From the NCBI GenBank assembly GCA_964629655.1, contig CAZVQU010000001.1, positions 20,788 through 84,787 on the forward strand: a stretch of 64,000 bases of DNA, given 5' to 3'. The DNA comes from an uncultured Planctomycetia bacterium (GTDB lineage: Bacteria; Omnitrophota; Gorgyraeia; Duberdicusellales; 4484-171). The notes under the pieces were generated by a model. It was given only the letters and a program-made list of their open reading frames with translations, ran no database searches and was not told where the DNA came from. Below are positions 58,797 through 64,000 of the stretch, in pieces; the stretch's first letter is position 1, and the number at the start of each line of letters is the position of its first letter. Position numbers and translations under genes: made by a program.

Positions 58797-58890
58797 CCAA
58801 TGAGACTTTTCCGATATCGGTCGGGATTAGTCGGATTGATACTGAGGGCACGAAGTACCCAAAGCATCTTAACCCTTCCCTAATAAATCT

Positions 58891-60015
58891 ATGCATAGTG
58901 AAAAAACTAGAGCCTTATTTAAAATAATCCTGGTTCTCACCTTTGTCTATCTCTTCCTGGTAAGCATTGGTCTCATGGGAGTTGCTTTCAAGGGATTTGG
59001 CAAGGAGTTTGCTGAGAATCTAATAAAAACTACCTCTAACCCATTTGTCGGTTTATTCATCGGAATTCTAGCCACTAGTATTGTTCAAAGCTCGTCGACC
59101 ACCACCTCTATTGTGGTAGGAATGGTAGGTTCAGGAGTAATCACTGTTTCAAATGCAATCCCGATAGTAATGGGAGCAAATATCGGGACTACGGTAACCG
59201 GGATACTGGTATCCATAGGGCACATCGGACGCCGGGAAGAGTTTAAAAGAGCTGTAAGCGGAGGTACTCTTGGTGGTTTCTTTAAAATGATGTGTGTTAC
59301 TATAATTTTTCCCCTTGAACTGGCTACCGGCATATTAGGTAAAATAGCTAACTGGATGAGCAGTGCCTTTGTTGATATCGGAGGTATTACTTTTACCAGC
59401 CCGATTAAATTAGCCACAAAACCAATAGTGCACTTTATAGAAAATATAGTCATGAAGTTAAAAGTTTCCTCTGGTATGGCCTATACTATAATGTTAGTCA
59501 TTTCCTTAATACTATTATTTGCTGCTTTATACTATATCGTAAAGCTGATGCGAACTATGGTAGCAAAGAGAGCGGAAATTGTTCTTAATAATGTAATTGG
59601 CAAGCACGGAATACTAGCTATTTTCGCTGCCACCTTCTTTACTGCAGTAATCCAGAGCAGTTCAATAACCGTTGCCCTGATGATTCCTCTTAGTGCTGCC
59701 GGGATCCTAACGCTTGAGACAATGTATCCTCTGGTAATGGGAGCAAATGTCGGAACTACGATAACAGCTATTCTGGCATCATTCGCTACCGGAAATATTG
59801 CTGCGCTCACTGTAGCCTTTGTCCACTTTCTCTTCAATATGATATGTCTTTTCTGTATCTATCCGATAAAAATATTAAGAAAAATCCCTATACTCCTATC
59901 AAAAAAACTCGGCGACTTGGCTTACAAAAAACGTCGCTATGCTCTAATATATACTTTAGTTACATTTTTTGTGATACCAACATTATTTATTTTTATTTTT
60001 AAAGTATTAAAATAA
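58891..60015 (+). CDS. Na+/phosphate cotransporter (NptA/SLC34 family)
   Basis: Two QSSS repeats, GANIGTT and GANVGTT. Confidence 0.93.
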   Translation: MHSEKTRALFKIILVLTFVYLFLVSIGLMGVAFKGFGKEFAENLIKTTSNPFVGLFIGILATSIVQSSSTTTSIVVGMVGSGVITVSNAIPIVMGANIGTTVTGILVSIGHIGRREEFKRAVSGGTLGGFFKMMCVTIIFPLELATGILGKIANWMSSAFVDIGGITFTSPIKLATKPIVHFIENIVMKLKVSSGMAYTIMLVISLILLFAALYYIVKLMRTMVAKRAEIVLNNVIGKHGILAIFAATFFTAVIQSSSITVALMIPLSAAGILTLETMYPLVMGANVGTTITAILASFATGNIAALTVAFVHFLFNMICLFCIYPIKILRKIPILLSKKLGDLAYKKRRYALIYTLVTFFVIPTLFIFIFKVLK

Positions 60016-60028
60016 AGGGAGGTAGATT

Positions 60029-60703
60029 ATGTTTAAAAATCTATTGCAATTCTGGAAAGGAAAGGATTTCTTAAACCAGGTATTAGAAGAATTCAAAAAT
60101 ATGCTCGATGATGCCCAAATAATGTTTGACTCTGTCTGCAGGAGGCTAATCGATAATGAAGAAGGCCCTGGCTTAAGGAATAAGGTCTACAGCATAGATA
60201 AACAAGTCAATGACCTACAGAGAGATATCCGGAAACGGGTAATTGAGCACTTATCTCTCCAGCCTTCATCAGATGTACCGACTTGCTTGCTTCTTATGAG
60301 TGTAGTAAAAGATGCTGAAAGATTAGGAGATTATGCAAAAAATCTTTATGAGGTAAGCACCCTGATGAAAGGCCCTTTAAATAAGAAAAAATATTTAGAG
60401 CTTTTCAACAGTATTGAAGGGGAAATATCTGAACTCTTTAAAGAAACAATAAAAGCTTTTATGGAATCCGACGAAACTAAAGCAGCCAAAGCTTGGGATT
60501 ATAAAACAAAGATCGCCAAACGTTGCGATCAGATTATTGAAAAACTAGCCAGTAGCGACCTTTCGGTAAACGAATCGGTCTGTTTTACCCTTATGGCCCG
60601 ATATTTTAAACGCATCACTGCCCACTTAACAAATATTGCTACTTCAGTAATACTGCCTTTGACAGATTTAGACTACTTTGATGAAGAAAGAAGGGAAACT
60701 TAA
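60029..60703 (+). CDS. PhoU-domain protein
   Basis: DAERLGDYAKN, RI.AH.TNIA; RBS GGAGG. Confidence 0.88.
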   Translation: MFKNLLQFWKGKDFLNQVLEEFKNMLDDAQIMFDSVCRRLIDNEEGPGLRNKVYSIDKQVNDLQRDIRKRVIEHLSLQPSSDVPTCLLLMSVVKDAERLGDYAKNLYEVSTLMKGPLNKKKYLELFNSIEGEISELFKETIKAFMESDETKAAKAWDYKTKIAKRCDQIIEKLASSDLSVNESVCFTLMARYFKRITAHLTNIATSVILPLTDLDYFDEERRET

Positions 60704-60707
60704 GAAT

Positions 60708-62171
60708 TTATCCGGGCAAGAGTTCTTTATCGAAAATATTGTCTAACCCTAAGAGACAGGGAGGATCAAAATACTTTTTCAGCGCAACCATCTCCTTAAT
60801 CTCAGACTCCTTATACATAATCTTTAGATAAGGCTTTTTTATCTTGCCGATACCATGCTCGGCAGAAACAGTTCCCCCTAAGGACACTGCCTTCTGACAA
60901 AGCTTCTTAAGATATTCTTTAGCCTCTTTGCCTTCTTGGTCATTTGAAGGCAAGAAATTAAAATGAAGATGCGACTCTCCGATATGTCCAAAATTAACAT
61001 ATCTTATTTTAGCTTCTCTAGCGATTTTCTTATAAAAATCATACATTTGATTAAATTTACCCTCAGGTACTGCGATATCGCTGGCGACCTTCACCTGATT
61101 ATTCCTTCTTAAAAACTCATTAATCATCTGCGGCAGTTTATGCCGAAAATCAAATACTCGCTTTCTCTGGCTCTGGGTATCAGCAAGAATGCTCTCATCC
61201 AAGTAAGCTTTATTCTTCTCAATTAATCCTTGCCATTTAAGAAGAAGTGGTTCAAAACCGGTCTCGTCCTCAACTTCCTGCTCAAAGTAAACTGCTGCCT
61301 CGGAATCTGGTACAAAAGAATACTCACTCTTTAGCAATTCTAGAGAATTTTTATCGAGGAATTCTAAAGAAGTTGGTTTCAGCTCTCCTCTTCTCTTTAG
61401 ACTCTTTATCTCTTCTATAAACCCAAGAGCATTAGCTTCCTGGGGGAAAAATATTAACCCATCAAAAATATTATAAGGAATTTTTCCTAGATTTAGCTCG
61501 CAAGAAACAATAATACCTAGGGTTCCTTCGCTGCCGATAAATAAATCGATTAAATCCATATTATCCTTAACGTAATAACCAGCCTGAGACTTGACTTTAG
61601 GCAGTTGATAGGAAGGCAGATCAAATTTGAAAAGTCTTCCTTCGCATTCAAACTCAAAACGCCTTTGTTTCGATATAATTTCGCCTCTTTTTATATTAAT
61701 TACCTCTCCGGTAGTTAGTATGACCTCTAGCGCCCTTACATATTCTCTTATTGAGCCATAGCCGAATCCCCTTACTCCGGAAGCTGAGGTTGCGATTGCT
61801 CCGCCGATGAAAGCTAAATTCTCAGTAGGAGATGCCTGCAAAGTTAAGTTGAACTTATTAACTTCTTTCTCTAAATTTTCTAGAGTTACGCCAGACTGAG
61901 AACGAACAATTTGTTTTTCCTGGTTAATGTCAATAACTTGATTCAGATTCTCTAAGGAAATAACTGCCCCCTCTAAAGAAACACAACCGCCGGTTGTGCC
62001 AGTATGGCCAGAAGATAAAGTAAAAGGGATCTTATCCCTGGAACAACTCTTTATGCTTTCTAAAACTTCCCTGTTGTTTTGGGGAAGGTAAAGCAAGGAG
62101 GCTTTACCCTTAACATTAGAGGTATCCTCTAGGTAATTAACCAGGTCCTGAGTATTGTTTCGTACAATCAT
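60708..62171 (-). CDS. FAD-linked oxidoreductase (GlcD/D-lactate dehydrogenase family)
   Basis: GHTGTTGG, IGGAIAT, GSEGTLG, FGHIGESHLH, SAEHGIGK. Confidence 0.9.
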   Translation of the reverse strand: MIVRNNTQDLVNYLEDTSNVKGKASLLYLPQNNREVLESIKSCSRDKIPFTLSSGHTGTTGGCVSLEGAVISLENLNQVIDINQEKQIVRSQSGVTLENLEKEVNKFNLTLQASPTENLAFIGGAIATSASGVRGFGYGSIREYVRALEVILTTGEVINIKRGEIISKQRRFEFECEGRLFKFDLPSYQLPKVKSQAGYYVKDNMDLIDLFIGSEGTLGIIVSCELNLGKIPYNIFDGLIFFPQEANALGFIEEIKSLKRRGELKPTSLEFLDKNSLELLKSEYSFVPDSEAAVYFEQEVEDETGFEPLLLKWQGLIEKNKAYLDESILADTQSQRKRVFDFRHKLPQMINEFLRRNNQVKVASDIAVPEGKFNQMYDFYKKIAREAKIRYVNFGHIGESHLHFNFLPSNDQEGKEAKEYLKKLCQKAVSLGGTVSAEHGIGKIKKPYLKIMYKESEIKEMVALKKYFDPPCLLGLDNIFDKELLPG

Positions 62172-62185
62172 TAAGGGTGGGGTTA

Positions 62186-62878
62186 TTAGAACTTAAAGTT
62201 AAAACTACAGGCCAAAGCTTGGCCGTCAATAAATTGGCCTTCTAAATTAAGCCAAGTTTTCTCGGTAAGATTTATATCAAGACCACAGACAAGTCCTGCT
62301 GATTTAGTTAAGTCAGACATCCTCCTTTCTCTGTTCTCCTCTATCCAGTGGATATAATCAACCCTTGAAAGCTTACCTCCTAGATAAGGGGTGAATTTGG
62401 AAAAATCATAGGAGGCTAGAAGTGACACTTGCCAATCATCTAAGATTCCCTTATACTTCACATTTCCTAAATGAATGGCTTTGGGATGTACACTTATGTG
62501 TTGAAAGCCAAAAACCATTCTTATTCTTTGCCAGTCACAAAGCTTTACCCGAATTCCATAACCACCGGCAAAAGAAGAGGTATAGTCAACTTCATCACTA
62601 CTTAAAGGATGTTGTTTTATATTTCCGGCACCGCCTTTTAAATCTAAAGACAACCAATCCCAAACTCCATAGGAGAACTTAAAAAAATGCTGGGTTGATC
62701 TCAATTTTCCGTAATCAGCCTCCAGATTCCGTTTAAAAATAGTATGGTTTTGGAATCCCCAAAAAAATCTGCTTTCCTCAGGCATCTTTGTACCAGAGCA
62801 AGGGGCAGCTAAAGTGGTTAAATAAAAACAAAAAGATAGAATAACTAATAAAAGAACTCTTCGTATAAAATTTTCCAT
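62186..62878 (-). CDS. Outer-membrane beta-barrel protein
   Basis: Signal peptide, alternating beta strands, C-terminal Phe (FNFKF). ATG at 62878 preferred. Confidence 0.7.
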   Translation of the reverse strand: MENFIRRVLLLVILSFCFYLTTLAAPCSGTKMPEESRFFWGFQNHTIFKRNLEADYGKLRSTQHFFKFSYGVWDWLSLDLKGGAGNIKQHPLSSDEVDYTSSFAGGYGIRVKLCDWQRIRMVFGFQHISVHPKAIHLGNVKYKGILDDWQVSLLASYDFSKFTPYLGGKLSRVDYIHWIEENRERRMSDLTKSAGLVCGLDINLTEKTWLNLEGQFIDGQALACSFNFKF

Positions 62879-62884
62879 CAAAAA

Positions 62885-62912
62885 ATTATATCAAAAAATA
62901 TAGTTCTTGCAA
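62885..62912 (-). promoter_or_regulatory. Sigma70-like promoter (possibly leaderless transcript)
   Basis: TTGCAA-N16-TATAAT ending 6 nt before the ATG at 62878. Confidence 0.55.
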
Positions 62913-62997
62913 AACAAAAGTAGGGCGTGTTAAAGCAAGGTGTCTATTACCATGCGTCTGCAAAATTCCAAATTTTCTTTATTGCTGGTATAAAATA

Positions 62998-63597
62998 TTA
63001 GTTCCAGGAGTGGGCAAGAGGATAGAAATATACGGTGGAACTGCCTGTCGTATCCCTAATAGTCACCTGAGGATTAGAGCTAGGGTCAGCGGCAGAGCCG
63101 GGCTCTAACCTTAAAGCAAGATTGCTTACTGCCACCCCTCCATTGGCTATGCTTAATGCAAAAGCGGCGCCTCCGCCAAGGTCGACAAAACGTCCTGTAA
63201 GCTCTTCCCAGCTAGCTCCATCGGTATTACTAAACATGACACTATTCGGGCTAGCGGCAGCACCAAATGTATATGCGACTACTAAATCATCACTATAATC
63301 AGCCGGAGTAGAGTTTGAAACTCCGGCGGCGGTTATGTCTTGGCGAATAGTTAGACTGTCAGCAGTAGTACTTATCCCTTGATGATTAATATCCCCAGTC
63401 CCTAATGAAACATTCTTATGAAGATGCTGCAAAACAAGGGTCAAATCATTTAATACCTGAGTCTTTCTTTCCGAAGAGCCTAAGAACCTTTCGCTGGAAA
63501 GATGAAAGGCTATAGCGCCTAAAACAATTATTCCTAATAGTGCTATGGAAATAAGAAGCTCGACCAAGGTAGCCGATTTTTTCAATGAGGCTTGCAT
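62998..63597 (-). CDS. Type IV minor pilin/pseudopilin (PilW-like)
   Basis: KKS|ATLVELLISIALLGII class III-like signal. Confidence 0.75.
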   Translation of the reverse strand: MQASLKKSATLVELLISIALLGIIVLGAIAFHLSSERFLGSSERKTQVLNDLTLVLQHLHKNVSLGTGDINHQGISTTADSLTIRQDITAAGVSNSTPADYSDDLVVAYTFGAAASPNSVMFSNTDGASWEELTGRFVDLGGGAAFALSIANGGVAVSNLALRLEPGSAADPSSNPQVTIRDTTGSSTVYFYPLAHSWN

Positions 63598-63631
63598 TTT
63601 TTTCCTAAAAAATGGTTAATCGAATTGATCA

Positions 63632-63964
63632 CTAAGGATAATTTATGGTCACACTTACCTGGCGATGATCTCCGGCAGTAGCACTTACTGAATAACTATT
63701 GCCGGCGTAACTCTGTCCATCTATTGTGTAAGAGTCCAGATTTGTAGAACCAGTCTGCAAATCCCCTGAATCCCAAGTGTCAGCGCTAACCGCCCGATAT
63801 AGATTATCGAATTGATGAGTAGCCAAATTAACAGCAATAAGCCGCTTGTTGGCCCGATTGACATATTTCCTTACAGCCACAAAAGTAGCTAGCAATCCTC
63901 CAAAGGCAACAGACAAAATTACTGCCCCGACAATCACTTCAGTTAAAGTAACTCCTTTTCTCAT
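63632..63964 (-). CDS. Type IV minor pilin/pseudopilin (PilV-like)
   Basis: RKG|VTLTEVIVGAVIL prepilin motif. Confidence 0.8.
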   Translation of the reverse strand: MRKGVTLTEVIVGAVILSVAFGGLLATFVAVRKYVNRANKRLIAVNLATHQFDNLYRAVSADTWDSGDLQTGSTNLDSYTIDGQSYAGNSYSVSATAGDHRQVSVTINYP

Positions 63965-64000
63965 TTGGCTAACCTTTTTAAGGTATGTAGGTACAACCGG

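Noticed and set aside
59085-59837. Minus-strand ORFs of 122 and 101 aa
   Set aside because: Antisense to the Na/Pi cotransporter; their similarity to each other reflects that gene's internal repeat.
1-64000. CRISPR array, rRNA or IS elements
   Set aside because: No regularly spaced short repeats, rRNA-like sequence or transposase ORFs were seen.

Overview
The window is from an AT-rich bacterial genome, almost all on the minus strand. An anaerobe such as Ca. Omnitrophota/PVC is my inference from gene content, not something the sequence demonstrates. About 1-54.8 kb is one large cell-surface glycan synthesis, modification and export locus. It holds Wzm/Wzt, GT4 and GT2 enzymes, five GT-C-type membrane proteins, two SGNH hydrolases, a polysaccharide deacetylase and an FAD oxidoreductase. 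It is exceptionally rich in anaerobic radical chemistry: 12 radical SAM genes with 14 intact CxxxCxxC motifs (9 B12-binding type, a triple-rSAM polyprotein, a twitch-rSAM/B12-rSAM fusion), two U32-family proteins, and a double-cubane/2-hydroxyacyl-CoA-dehydratase-like protein with its ATPase activase and a membrane ferredoxin. An unnamed ~200-aa beta-rich domain occurs 4x in Wzt and once in each of two rSAM-type proteins. Inside the locus is a separately promoted two-gene unit: an unannotated 27-aa peptide (MRAKKINKAKKSKKKLSRYCRSGRVLW) upstream of an RRE-rSAM-SPASM maturase, a candidate new RiPP. Two direct repeats (1248 bp and 61 bp) record recent rearrangement. The last ~9 kb is housekeeping: IMPase, smpB, AEC transporter, tRNA-Ser, tRNA-Leu, M48 protease, pyrE, Na/Pi transporter with PhoU, FAD oxidoreductase, an outer membrane protein and minor pilins.
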